Positions 11,095 through 22,717 of a stretch of 34,822 nt of DNA are shown here, piece after piece; the stretch's first letter is position 1; each line of letters opens with the position of its first letter. Position numbers and translations under genes: made by a program. The stretch is from assembly GCF_006345805.1 (NCBI RefSeq), contig NW_021828075.1, positions 1 through 34,822 of the forward strand, in the 5' to 3' direction. A model generated the notes under the pieces. The model did not search any database. It saw only the letters and a program-made list of their open reading frames with translations, and had not been told where the DNA came from. The DNA comes from Octopus sinensis. Its lineage: Eukaryota.

Positions 11095-11205
11095 TCCAAA
11101 CCATATGGTTCCGAGTTCAGTCTCAGTGTCTTCTACAATAGCCTCGGCTCTACCAAAGCCTTGTGAGTTGATTTGGTGGATGGAAACTGAAAGAAGCTTG
11201 TCATA
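11095..11205 (+). mobile_element. Degenerate family-A SINE fragment
   Basis: catatggttccgagttcagtc...gccttgtgagttgatttggtggatggaaactgaaagaagc matches 461-580. Confidence 0.75.
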
Positions 11206-11220
11206 TATGTACGTATATAT

Positions 11221-11484
11221 ATTATATAGAGGGCATTATTACACATAAATACCACACGCTAGGAGGGACTTTCAAAGTCATTACTACCAAAAATAAACGA
11301 ATCGTACCGAATGCAGCTCTCGAAGCAAGACATTTAAAAACAGGTGATCTGGAACTAAATTCTGTTTTTAAATGTCTTGCTTCGAGAGCTGCATTCGGTA
11401 CGATTCGTTTATTTTTGGTAGTAATGACTTTGGAAGTCCTTCCTAGCGTGTGGCATTTATGTGTAATAATGCCCTCTATATAAT
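11221..11484. repeat. 264-bp near-perfect palindrome (123-bp arms, 18-nt loop); MITE-like
   Basis: Arms 11221-11343 and 11362-11484 are reverse complements with 3 mismatches by eye. Confidence 0.9.
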
Positions 11485-11820
11485 GTAAATAAATATTTTC
11501 AAGGGAAAAAAAAATTTTCAGATGTTTTCTCTTTTGAAGTTTTTCACGCTAACTACCTGATAATTTCTTGTTAAGATTTCTTAAGATGTTATCCTTAATT
11601 TTTAAATTTGTACGTATATATATTGGAAGGTTTGATGATGATGTACGGGTATTTTATATTAGAAGTAATGAGGTAAGTTCGATTCGAAACCCCCACTAGA
11701 ATGAGGAGAAAGCGCTAATACATGATCTACAGTTATATGATGTATAAAAACGTGTAATATACAAATAAATATCTGTAAATATAAAAACCATCCGAATTTC
11801 TGAGTACCTCATTTCTTCTA

Positions 11821-11855
<35 letters not shown>

Positions 11856-11920
11856 TGTAGGTATGTATGTAGGTATGTGTGTATGTATGTATGTCTGTCT
11901 GTATGTATGTATGTATGTAA

Positions 11921-12172
11921 CACACCATACTAATCATATCTGTCGGGCATGTGGAAGAGAGTGTAATTCGACAGGAGGACTTAAACGACATGCAAAGGTA
12001 CATGAAGCCCAGTTACAACTACAGCCGGCTATTACCGGTAAAGGTCTTAGTTGCCAATTCTGTACAAGACATTGTAGATCTTTGGCTGGGCTAAAAAGTC
12101 ACATTCGATCACAGCACCAGTAACAGTTAAGCTTCGTGCAATGGCCATACTCGATAACGAGGGGGCAGCCAT
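11921..12172 (+). mobile_element. 5'-truncated LINE 3' end (RTE-like) encoding two C2H2 fingers
   Basis: CRACGRECNSTGGLKRHAKVH and CQFCTRHCRSLAGLKSHIRSQH, stop at 12121-12123, short 3' UTR shared with 6404-6479; (TATG)n on both sides. Confidence 0.6.
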
Positions 12173-12494
12173 AAAGAAAATGTATTTATGTATGTATGTA
12201 TGTATGTATGTATGTATGTATGTATGTATGTATGTATGTATGTATGTATGTGTGTATAGAGTGTTAGGTGTTGTGTACAGATATTGAATATTGAGAAAAA
12301 AAGATGACCAGAATTTTGGAAACAAATCTTTTTATTTATTTGTTATTATTAGCGCTTTCGTTCGTTTCACGAACTTGTCAAATAGAATTTTGTGAATAGA
12401 CAAACAGCATGATCATTTATATAAAATAGATGGGGGGGGGTTAGAAGAGGATAACATTGTTTTTGTTTTTTGGGGGTGAGGTTCCATGACAATG

Positions 12495-12495
12495 G

Positions 12496-12567
<72 letters not shown>

Positions 12568-12714
12568 TAGATTAGATAGATAAACAGACAGAGGACGGAC
12601 GGACGAGCAGACAGACAGAGGGACGAACAGACAGATAGACACACAGAGGGACAGACGGACGAACAGACAGACAGAGGGGCGGATGGTGGGACAGACAGAT
12701 AGACAGACGGATAT

Positions 12715-12788
<74 letters not shown>

Positions 12789-12808
12789 GAACAGACAGAC
12801 AGACAGAC

Positions 12809-12853
<45 letters not shown>
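12495..12853. repeat. (GATA)n/(GACA)n compound microsatellite
   Basis: Visible array; continues at 12975-13055 on the other side of the retroelement fragment. Confidence 0.92.
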
Positions 12854-12854
<1 letters not shown>

Positions 12855-12974
12855 GTTTCTTTATTGGCCACACAGGGCTGCACACAGATGGGACAAGTTA
12901 CAAGGTAGAGCTTTTCTTCTTTTGGGGGGAGGGGGGAAGGAAAAAAGGAAAAGAAAAAAAAAAGAAAAAAGGGG
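12854..12974 (-). mobile_element. Tx1-like element 3' UTR fragment (diverged subfamily) inside a TATC array
   Basis: Reverse complement agaaaagctctaccttgtaacttgtcccatctgtgtgcagccctgtgtggccAATAAAgaaact|tatc aligns to 26274-26343 and 29417-29486. Confidence 0.85.
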
Positions 12975-12978
12975 ATAA

Positions 12979-13010
<32 letters not shown>

Positions 13011-14109
13011 GCAGATAGACAGGCAGACAGACAGATAGACAGACAGACAGACTATACATAGTCTGCCGCAACAGTAGTGACCGTCAGAAACCCACTCAAC
13101 AACTATAAGAGATAAACACGGGTCTGTGGTGCGAAAATACTTTATTTTCTTAAGAGAGAGAACATGCATATTGAACTCCGTCGCTTACGGTGCATAAAAA
13201 TTAAGGGTCGCTCTCGGCGTGTAGGGGTACAAAGCACGGTTGTTGGTGGGGACATTGTAAGCAGGCTTTGTAGGTTACGTTCTTGTTGAAGGGGCTTTGA
13301 CGGCGTGGTTGTTGATGGCCCTTAATTGTTGCGCTCCTTTTTCTTGTTGAGCATGCTTGTAGGGGTCGTTGTTGGTTGTTGGCTACTGTAGTAGTTGTCC
13401 CTTAGCTGTTGTGGCAGTTTGCTGAGAGGACCATGAGTGTGAAGGGCTCTATTGGCAGGGGCTGCCCATGTTGGTGAGGGCCATAGATGATGGTAAGGGC
13501 TGTTGTTGTTGTTGTTGATATCGACGTTGATATGGTCCAAACTTGTGAAGGGCGATGCTGGTGAAGGCCCCGATGTTTGTGAAGGCCGTCGTTGATATCG
13601 AAGTTATGTGAAAAAGCAATGTTGGTGAAGGGCCGTTGATGCGAACGTTGTTGATGGGGAAGTTTTCGAAGGGCCGTTATTTGAGGAGAGGGGCATCGAA
13701 GGGTTTTGGTCCTTATTCTTCGTGTCCAGCATTTGAGCATCTTTGAGGAGGTGGCACCTTTTCTGTGCGTAGAATAGATTTTGAGGCCCTTCTCACTCGT
13801 AGAATTTCACAAATCAGTATTAAAATAGTGAGCACCACCAAAATACATGCGATGACGATTGTGATTGGTGGCAGATATGGCACACGAATCGCAGGAGGAG
13901 CTGAAAATATATGGATATTGACATTTAGTGGTGCCACAGTATGGCCACAGACTTTGGACTGCGTCACAAGGAAATAAAGGAAATGCGCATATTATTTAAA
14001 GGTACAAACAGATACATGCACACGCTCACATGTATGTATGTACACAGATTGCAGGATATATATATATTTCTTAAATTTATATTGGGTAAGAAAAAATTAT
14101 AGAAGTTTT

Positions 14110-14696
14110 TTCGGATCTTTTCACTTTGACCGGCAGATTTAAAAAATAATTTCTTTGTAACTAAGCACTTTTAAACTTCATATACTGGTAGAATGTGTTA
14201 CATAAAACATCTTTTTCCTCTTGGTTTTCTTGAGAAAATTCTGTAGTTTGTAAGCTATTTGTTGTTAAATTTCTTGCATTTCGGCAATTTCAACCAATCA
14301 ATGACGTCTATTGAGGTGAATACAATTTCTGCTGTTGTTTGTCAACAACAACTTCCTGCGGTCTCTGTTTAGTTTGTCACTGTTATTTATGACATATTTC
14401 ATATCAGTCACGTTTGTATGAATAAAAGATTGTGGGGTTAGGGTTAGGGTTAGGGTTAGGGGTGTGGTTTCTTTTTTCTTCAGAAATGTAAATAAACCCA
14501 CGTGGGTTTATAAGTGACCGCTACACCGCCGGAAGTTCTTGCTGAATTTGTTGACAAACAACAGCAGAAATTGTATTTACCTCAACAGACGTCATTGATT
14601 GGCTGAAATTTCCGAAATGCAAGAAATTTAACAACAAATAGCTTACAAACTACAGAATTTTCTCAAGAAAGCCAAGAGGAAAAAGATGTTTTATGT

Positions 14697-14700
<4 letters not shown>
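14110..14700. mobile_element. Long-inverted-repeat (MITE/foldback-like) element with internal (TTAGGG)4
   Basis: Arms 14196-14348 and 14548-14700 are reverse complements; TTAGGG x4 at 14438-14461. Confidence 0.75.
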
Positions 14701-14734
<34 letters not shown>

Positions 14735-15170
14735 CATATATAAATTAGTCTACATTTATACACAAAGAGGCAAGCAATTAACAGGTTGCCTGACATACTA
14801 GAAAGAACGGTCAAGAAGTCCAAACCATAGTTAAGAGGAATTTCGAAGGCAATGAAAAATAATAACATTTACCATGTTTTACAGCCGGAACTCAGGTTTT
14901 GAACTTTTAGCAAATAAAATAATTTGCAAGGTGAAGTTCTCATCAGCGGATACGCCAAAACATTAACATATAAATTACAGACCAAATAACACGTTTCTCA
15001 TATTTATATATTGTAATTTTTCAAACCCACCGTGCAAGCGCAGTTTCAATCAACAGAAAATAAAAATTCTGATTAAACTTCAGAAATTGCCAAAATCATT
15101 TCTTAAATGTATATATGTGAAAAATATGTTTATTGACTTTGTATACATACTAGGCCCTTGTTAAAAAAAA

Positions 15171-15432
<262 letters not shown>

Positions 15433-15435
15433 GGC

Positions 15436-15775
15436 GCAGTTGTATACTGTCAACTTAACGTGACAGTCCCATAAAGGGAATCACACAACGCTTCCTGTCG
15501 GCCTTGACACACTTTTCCTGTGTCCTTATGTTTATAAGGGGGAGACAAGCACCCCCACCCAGCTAAGCCTGCAGCCAGAGACTAGTTTCTGAGTCTTGCT
15601 CTTTATCAGTCTGGGGTAGCATGGCCTGCTAGCAGCAGATGCCTGTCTAGACTTTGTAAACATATATAATAATTCCAGTGAAGTAAATTCACTGATCACA
15701 AAAAAATAGGGCTGAATAGCGGTGGTGGGATTCCCTTCATGGGACTGTCACGTTAAGTTGACAGTATACAACTGC
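15436..15775. mobile_element. MITE with 47-bp TIRs
   Basis: gcagttgtatactgtcaacttaacgtgacagtcccat[a/g]aagggaatc at both ends with 1 mismatch; no clear TSD. Confidence 0.85.
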
Positions 15776-15974
15776 TCTATCGTACCACTATTGCTTATAT
15801 CTCTCTGAGATATTTAGAAATGTAATATTTCTATTTACGGAGATGTACTCGCATAGCAAGTGATTTGATCTGAGATCGTGTGCTGAAACGAAAACAATTA
15901 CAGCGTGGGAGGTGTTTGTAAGCCATTTAAGAAACACACAAAAGCCGTTCGATTCACTTCAACATTTAAGTCTA

Positions 15975-16095
15975 ATTTGTCAAAATATTTTCGTCGCTTT
16001 AAGACCGCAACCTGTTCACTGACAGCACGGATGCAGCACGGATTTTTGTCAGTGAACAGGTCGCGGATTTTAGCGACGAAAATATTTTGACAAAT
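15975..16095. repeat. Foldback, about 50-bp arms with 22-nt loop
   Basis: atttgtcaaaatattttcgtcgct...cctgttcactgaca and its reverse complement at 16047-16095. Confidence 0.85.
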
Positions 16096-16105
16096 ATTTC
16101 TATTT

Positions 16106-16199
<94 letters not shown>

Positions 16200-16422
16200 T
16201 ATATTATATAGAGTATATATGTATGTACTCATGTATGTATGTATGTACTCATGTATGTATGTATGTATGTATGTATGTATGTATGTATGTATGTATGTAT
16301 ATATCCGTATATACGCGGTGTGTGTGTCATACCTTGAACTATATAAGATATCAGCTCTGCTCCATGCATGTTGCTTTCCTTTTCTCTAAACTGTTGTTGC
16401 TACGTAAATGTTGACGTTGTTG

Positions 16423-16459
<37 letters not shown>

Positions 16460-16571
16460 AGCACAATTATTTTTCTCTCCCTATTTGGTATTTTCAGGTA
16501 CACACTGCTTTGAGGCACACCCTCCGGAATCAATCAGAAAGGATATACATTTATATACACACACACACACA

Positions 16572-16621
<50 letters not shown>

Positions 16622-16809
16622 TATAATATTTATATATATATATTTATATTACATATATATATACATATATATATGTGCGTATGTGTGTGTATACATGTAT
16701 ATATATTATGTATTGTATATATATAAATACATATATAATTGTAGTTATGTATGTACGTATATGTGTGTGTGTGCGTGTTAGTATGTATGTGTGTGTATTG
16801 TGTGTGAGT

Positions 16810-16854
<45 letters not shown>

Positions 16855-16995
16855 AGAAAATAGTTTATGACGTCATTTTGTTTCGACAAATGAAGAATTT
16901 CACATTCCGATATAGAAAGAGTGTGTAGAAGAGGAAGATCATTCCTTTCGAAAGACATTTAATGGACAATTTTTATTTTCTTAGAACATATAAAT

Positions 16996-17993
16996 TAGTG
17001 TTTCTCAACTGGGGCCCATATGGCCCCTGAGAGTCTATATAAGATTTTTGGGGTCTACACAACAAAAGAGTGAATTAGGGATCCACAATAGTATTTTAAG
17101 TGTCCCTGAAAAAATTTCTCTTTAGATGTATGTATTGCAAGAAACAGCTGGGTTTCTTTCTCTAACATTTTACAGGGTCCAGCCTACACAAGTTAATGTT
17201 TGAATACCAAAATAGGAATTTGGAAAGAAGTTTCTATAAAACTAATTTTTTAAATATCGAATGGTTATGGGCTTGACCCCGATAAAATAGTAATCAAAGA
17301 GGGCCCACAGAAGCAAAATAGTAAATAGTATTTTAAGGGTCCATAAAAAATTTCACTTTAGATGTAATGTATTGCAAGAAACAGTGAGGAATTTTGAAAG
17401 AGGTTTCTATAAAACTAGTTTGTAGACATCGAATGGCTATAGGGGTCCATCAGAATAAAATAGTAATCAAAGAGGGTCCACGGAAGCAAAATAGTAAATT
17501 GGGGACCTATAATAGTATTTTATGGGTCTATGAAAAAATTTCACTTTAGACGTATGTATTGCAAGGAACAGGTTTCTTTCTCTAACATTTTACAGAGTCC
17601 AACCTACAAAAGTTAATGTGTGGAAAACAACATAAGATTTTTAAAAGACATTTCTATAAAACTAGATTTTAAACATGGAATGGCTAAGGGAATCCACCAC
17701 AATAAAATAGTAAAATAATCAAAGAGGGTCCACGCAACAAAAATGTTAAATCAGGGGCCTACAATTGCATTTTAAGTATCCAGGAAAAAATTTTGCTTTC
17801 GACGTATGTATTGGTGTGTATTGCAAGAATCAGTGAAGCTTCTTTCTCTGACATTTTACAAAGTTCAACTTAGACAAGTTAAAGTGTGGGAAGCAAAATA
17901 GGAATTTAGAAAGAAGTTTTAAACATCGAATGGTTATGGTGGTCCACCAGAGTAAAATAGTAATCAAAAGGGTCCAGTGGTTGAGAATCTCTA
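16996..17993. mobile_element. hAT (Charlie-like) non-autonomous element with about 4 internal tandem units of about 180-255 bp
   Basis: Termini tagtgtttctcaac / gttgagaatctcta; 8-bp flanks atataaat / atttaaat (7 of 8 identical); recurring atagtattttaag...gtattgcaagaa...ctataaaacta...aaatagtaatcaaagagggtcc units. Confidence 0.75.
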
Positions 17994-18000
17994 ATTTAAA

Positions 18001-18182
18001 TACTCTTTTATTTGTTTCAGTCATTTGACTGTAGCCATGCTGGAGCACCGCCTTTAGTCGAGCAAATCGACCCCGGGACTTATTCTTTGTAAGCCCAGTA
18101 CTTATTCTATCGGTCTCTTTTGCCGAACCGCTAAGCATCGGTTGTCAAGTAATGCTAGGGGGACAAACACAGACACACAAAC

Positions 18183-18215
<33 letters not shown>

Positions 18216-18384
18216 CATATATACGACAGGCTTCTTTCGGTTTCCGTCTACCAAATCCACTCACAAGGCATTGGTCGGCCCGGGGCTATAGCAGAAGACA
18301 CTTGCCCAAGGTACCACACAGTGGGACTGAACCCGGAACCATGTGGTTGGTTAGCAAGCTACTTACCACACAGCCACTCCTGCG
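18001..18384 (-). mobile_element. Family-A SINE, full length
   Basis: Reverse complement of 424-835 with a small internal deletion. Confidence 0.88.
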
Positions 18385-18792
18385 TAAATAAATACGAAGA
18401 AGCAAGAAGGGGGAAAGATAAGAAAGGAAAAGAAAGAAAAAGGAGAAATAAGAGTAGGGGGTAAAGCAGGGTAAAATGCAGGAGGTGGGGTGATGGGCCC
18501 CACTGATACCAGACCAAGCGGGGCGCTCTTTCACGCCCCGCAGTAATGACCGTGATGGCGTTGCCTCAAAAGCAACACTCATCACCGCAACCACTACAAC
18601 CACTCCACCTGGTGGGGCCCAGTTCTCCGACAGGCCGTCGTTGTTCCTATTTTGCGGAGAAAATCAGTGGGATGGGGTTCTAGAATATTTGATATCTTTA
18701 ATTGAACGATTCAAAAAACAAAATCACCATTTGTAGTTTCGTCTCCGTCCGAAATATTTTAGAAAACGGTTAAAGTCAATTATAGTTAATTA

Positions 18793-18956
18793 GTGGCTGT
18801 GTGGTAAGTAGCTTGCTAACCAACCACATGGTTCCGGGTTCAGTCCCACTGCGTGGCATCTTGGGCAAGCGTCTTCTTCTATAGCCCCGGGCCGACCAAT
18901 GCCTTGTGAGTGGATCTGGTAGACGGAAACTGAAAGAAGACTGTCGTATATATGTA

Positions 18957-19011
<55 letters not shown>

Positions 19012-19085
19012 GCGTGTGTGTATGTGTCTTTGGGTCTTTAACTTAGCAGTTCGGCAAAACTGACCGATACAATAAGTACCAACCT
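18793..19085 (+). mobile_element. Family-A SINE, 3' part truncated
   Basis: gtggctgtgtggtaagtagcttgctaaccaaccacatggttccgggttcagtccc..., then (TG)n, then a partial tail. Confidence 0.88.
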
Positions 19086-19139
19086 CGTCTAAGACAGAAA
19101 CATGTAAAATATAAAAGATAAAAGATATTCATACACGCA

Positions 19140-19208
<69 letters not shown>

Positions 19209-19320
19209 AGAGAGAGAGAGAGAGATATTTATATATAGATTTATATATATGTGACAGCGTGTGTATCGTTGGTGATTTTCTTTCTCCGCCTTCCCTTCCT
19301 TGGATCTTTCATTTTCCTAT

Positions 19321-19355
19321 GTTTCTGACGAAGAGCTCCACTCGAAACGTTAAAT
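19321..19355 (+). ncRNA. Minimal hammerhead-ribozyme-like motif (Penelope-type), possibly degenerate
   Basis: CTGACGA (19325-19331), a-GAG/CTC stem, GAAA-CGT-T with palindromic ACGT stem III; weak 3-4 bp stem I (gttt/aaat). Confidence 0.45.
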
Positions 19356-19456
19356 CTCCTTTCTTTCCCTTCCTGAGCGTCCAATAACACTACACTTGTT
19401 CTACGTCCTCGCGTTCTGTTTTCACTGTGTGTTTTTGTGTTAGGGTTAACTACATA

Positions 19457-19836
19457 CACTTGCGTCAGAAATTAATTAGCACTTCTCAAATTTCTACATT
19501 GAATAGGTTAAATCAATTAACCTATGAGCTGTTCAAAACGTTCTTTACGCGATGAGAAAACTTAGTATGGTGTGATTTCGGTCATGCGAGGTGCTACCTA
19601 TATCTATTAAACAAAGGAAGATTTGTCTGCATCCGCACTCCAAGTTGTTGTTGCACTGCTATGTCAACATCATAAGGCTGTAGACTCTCAAACTGCTCTG
19701 CAAACAAAGTTACGTCATCGTTCTGCGCAACAGTGAACTCGCAACAAAGCAATAGTTCGAGATATGGCCACTAGGTGACAGCACATACCTTGAGTGAAGA
19801 GCAAATCAAGGTGCTAATTAATTTCTGACGGTAGTG
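19457..19836. mobile_element. Tc1-like MITE
   Basis: TIRs cac[ttg/tac]cgtcagaaattaattagcac with TA on both sides (19455-19456, 19837-19838). Confidence 0.85.
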
Positions 19837-19839
19837 TAC

Positions 19840-19881
<42 letters not shown>

Positions 19882-19893
19882 TATATATATATA

Positions 19894-19924
<31 letters not shown>

Positions 19925-19989
19925 AGTATATATAGAGAGGGAGGAAGTTTGCCAGCATTGAGGTCCTTTAAAACTGAGAACTTCGCATG

Positions 19990-20520
19990 AAGACACGCAG
20001 TGTCATCTCGGTGGACTAAGGAGTGGGTCCTGCATCTCACCTACCTCTCAAAGAGAACGACCAGAATTAGGGTAAATGGCGTGCCACCGGGGGTAAATGT
20101 CTGGTAGATCGACGCCCGTGTGGTGCAGGACCCAAAGTCACTCCTGGCGGTAAAAAGGAGCAGCATGGAGAACTAGTGCAAGATCAATTTGGAAATATTA
20201 GTCCATATAAAACAAGGAAATATCGAGATCCCGGACCTGATCCAGCTGCCCAACGGGGTGGAGCTGCGTGTCGTCTTGAAATGCAGGAAGACCAGATACG
20301 ATATCTGTGGGGCCACAAGCCACCTGAGTGCCTTTTGCTCCAAAAAGTTGGGAACTACGCGGCCAAACCTGCAGCCTACATCGCACCCCCAACGGCAACA
20401 ACAGAGACCTTTTAATAAAACTACAGCCTCATCTCCAACAACAGAGGCACGTGAACCCCATTCAATGGTTTGTGCTGTTGACTTGGAAAGAAATCGACTA
20501 CCTCTTCCCTGAGGAGTAGC
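19990..20520 (+). pseudogene. Decayed Tx1/L1-type ORF1 (gag-like) relic
   Basis: One frame reads YLSKRTTRIRVNGVPPGVNVW*...EN*CKINLEILVHIKQGNIEIPDLIQLPNGVELRVVLKCRKTR[Y]DICGATSHLSAFC, a CX2CX4HX4C knuckle with the first Cys changed to Tyr, followed by a P/Q/T-rich tail. Confidence 0.6.
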
Positions 20521-20824
20521 CAACAAACCATGAAACAGTCCGTTTGGAGACTCCTTAACTCTCTTTTGCTTCACATCAGTACCACAGAAGAAATGTGTTT
20601 ACATTTTTATTTAACGAACAGTGAGGCTTTGTAATGTTTCTTGTGATTTACACTAGAGTCGAGCGCACGCGCGCACACACACACAAATACACACATAGAC
20701 GCATACACACATACAGACACATACACACACAAATATACACACGTAAGGTTATCCATAGAGCTATAAATATTGGTTGCATGACATGGAATTTAAATTTACA
20801 TCACACTGTACATTCGTGTATATA

Positions 20825-21310
20825 TGAATGTGTTTGTATGTGTGTATGTGTGTATGTATGTATGTGTGTATCTATGTATGCATGTATGCATGCATGTATG
20901 TATGTATGTATGTATGTATGCATGCATGTATGTATGCATGTATGTATGTGTGTATGTATGTATGTATGTATGTATGTATGCATGTATGTATGTATGTATG
21001 TGTGTATGTATGTATGTATGTATGTATGTATGCATGTATGTATGGATGGATGGATGCATGTATGTATGTGTATGTATGTATGTATGTATGTATGTACATC
21101 TAACTGTTTACTTTTACATACATATATATACAGCTACATATATATATATTTATTATATACATATATACAATATATATATATATATATTTATATATATACA
21201 TATATACATATACATATATATATAATAATATATATATATTTATATATATACATATATACATATATAATATATATACACATATATATATATACATATATAT
21301 ATAATACACA
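20825..21310. repeat. (TATG)n followed by (TA)n compound microsatellite
   Basis: Visible. Confidence 0.92.
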
Positions 21311-21711
21311 AATATACGTACACACATGCATACATATGCAATATAATATATATAATGGTTTATATCACACATACACAAACACACACACACACACGTACAT
21401 AGATGTATGTGCAGATAAATAGACAGAAAGGGAGGAAGAGGAGGGAGAGAGGAAGATTTAAAGATGGCGAGGCAGAAGAGGAGGAGGTATGTTTATTGCT
21501 GTTGAACGTTTGGACGAGACGAGAAGAAGCCATCGGAATAAATAAGTTGCTTTCATCCTTATTGGACCCTTATTTTACACAGGTGAAAGGTCAACGACCC
21601 CTCATTTGAGCTTTTCCTTTGATGTTCACCGCCGAATTAATCATTCATTATCGAATTATCAAAGAATTTGAAAACAAGTCTTAAAACATCCCCAGGAGCG
21701 AACGTCCATTG

Positions 21712-21845
21712 GTGGGTGGTGGTCGTGGTGGTGAAGGTGGTGGTGGTGGTGGTGGTGGTGGTGATGGTGATGGTGGTGGTGGTGGTGGTGGTGATGGTGG
21801 TGAAGGAGGAGAAGGTGGAGGAGGAGGAGGTAGTGGTGGTGGTGT
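21712..21845. repeat. (GGT/GGA)n trinucleotide repeat
   Basis: Visible. Confidence 0.9.
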
Positions 21846-21904
21846 GTGTGTGTGTGTCGGCTCATTGATGGAATTAGATATAGAACAGGATGTTTTAATT
21901 GACG

Positions 21905-21938
<34 letters not shown>

Positions 21939-22121
21939 AACAAGCACACACAAATGTATGAATGTATGTTTGCACAAATATATATGTATGTATATATATA
22001 TGTATATATATGGATATGTATGGTAGAAGGCATATACGTTTATATATATGCTTGTGTATATGTATATCTACATCGATAGCAAGTTAGCTAGTTACCTGCC
22101 AACCTTGCTTATGTTTGTATG

Positions 22122-22162
22122 TATCTGTCTATCTATCTATCTATCAATCTATCTATCTATCA

Positions 22163-22205
<43 letters not shown>

Positions 22206-22230
22206 AATCTATCTATCTATCTATCTATCA

Positions 22231-22273
<43 letters not shown>

Positions 22274-22434
22274 AATCTATCTATCTATCTATCTATCAAT
22301 CTATCTATCTATCAATCTATCTATCTATCTATCTATCTATCAATCTATCTATCTATCTATCAATCTATCTATCTATCTATCTATCAATCTATCTATCTAT
22401 CTATCTATCAATCTATCTATCTATCTATCTATCA

Positions 22435-22465
<31 letters not shown>

Positions 22466-22490
22466 AATCTATCTATCTATCTATCTATCA

Positions 22491-22533
<43 letters not shown>

Positions 22534-22602
22534 AATCTATCTATCTATCTATCTATCAATCTATCTATCTATCTATCTATCAATCTATCTATCTATCTAT
22601 CA

Positions 22603-22637
<35 letters not shown>

Positions 22638-22654
22638 AATCTATCTATCTATCA

Positions 22655-22693
<39 letters not shown>

Positions 22694-22717
22694 AATCTAT
22701 CTATCTATCTATCTATC
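22122..22717. repeat. (TATC)n array with interspersed AATC variants, segment 1
   Basis: Visible; ends exactly at the 5' junction of the LINE. Confidence 0.95.

Noticed and set aside
14438-14461. True telomere or fusion site
   Set aside because: Only four units, located inside an inverted-repeat element.
20634-21422. Cys/Val/Tyr/Met- or His/Thr-rich ORFs (also 30-355, 34278-34817)
   Set aside because: Translations of (TATG)n/(TG)n microsatellites.
21659-22033. Poly-His, poly-Pro, poly-Gly and poly-Val ORFs
   Set aside because: All frames of a (GGT)n repeat; no codon diversity or splice support.
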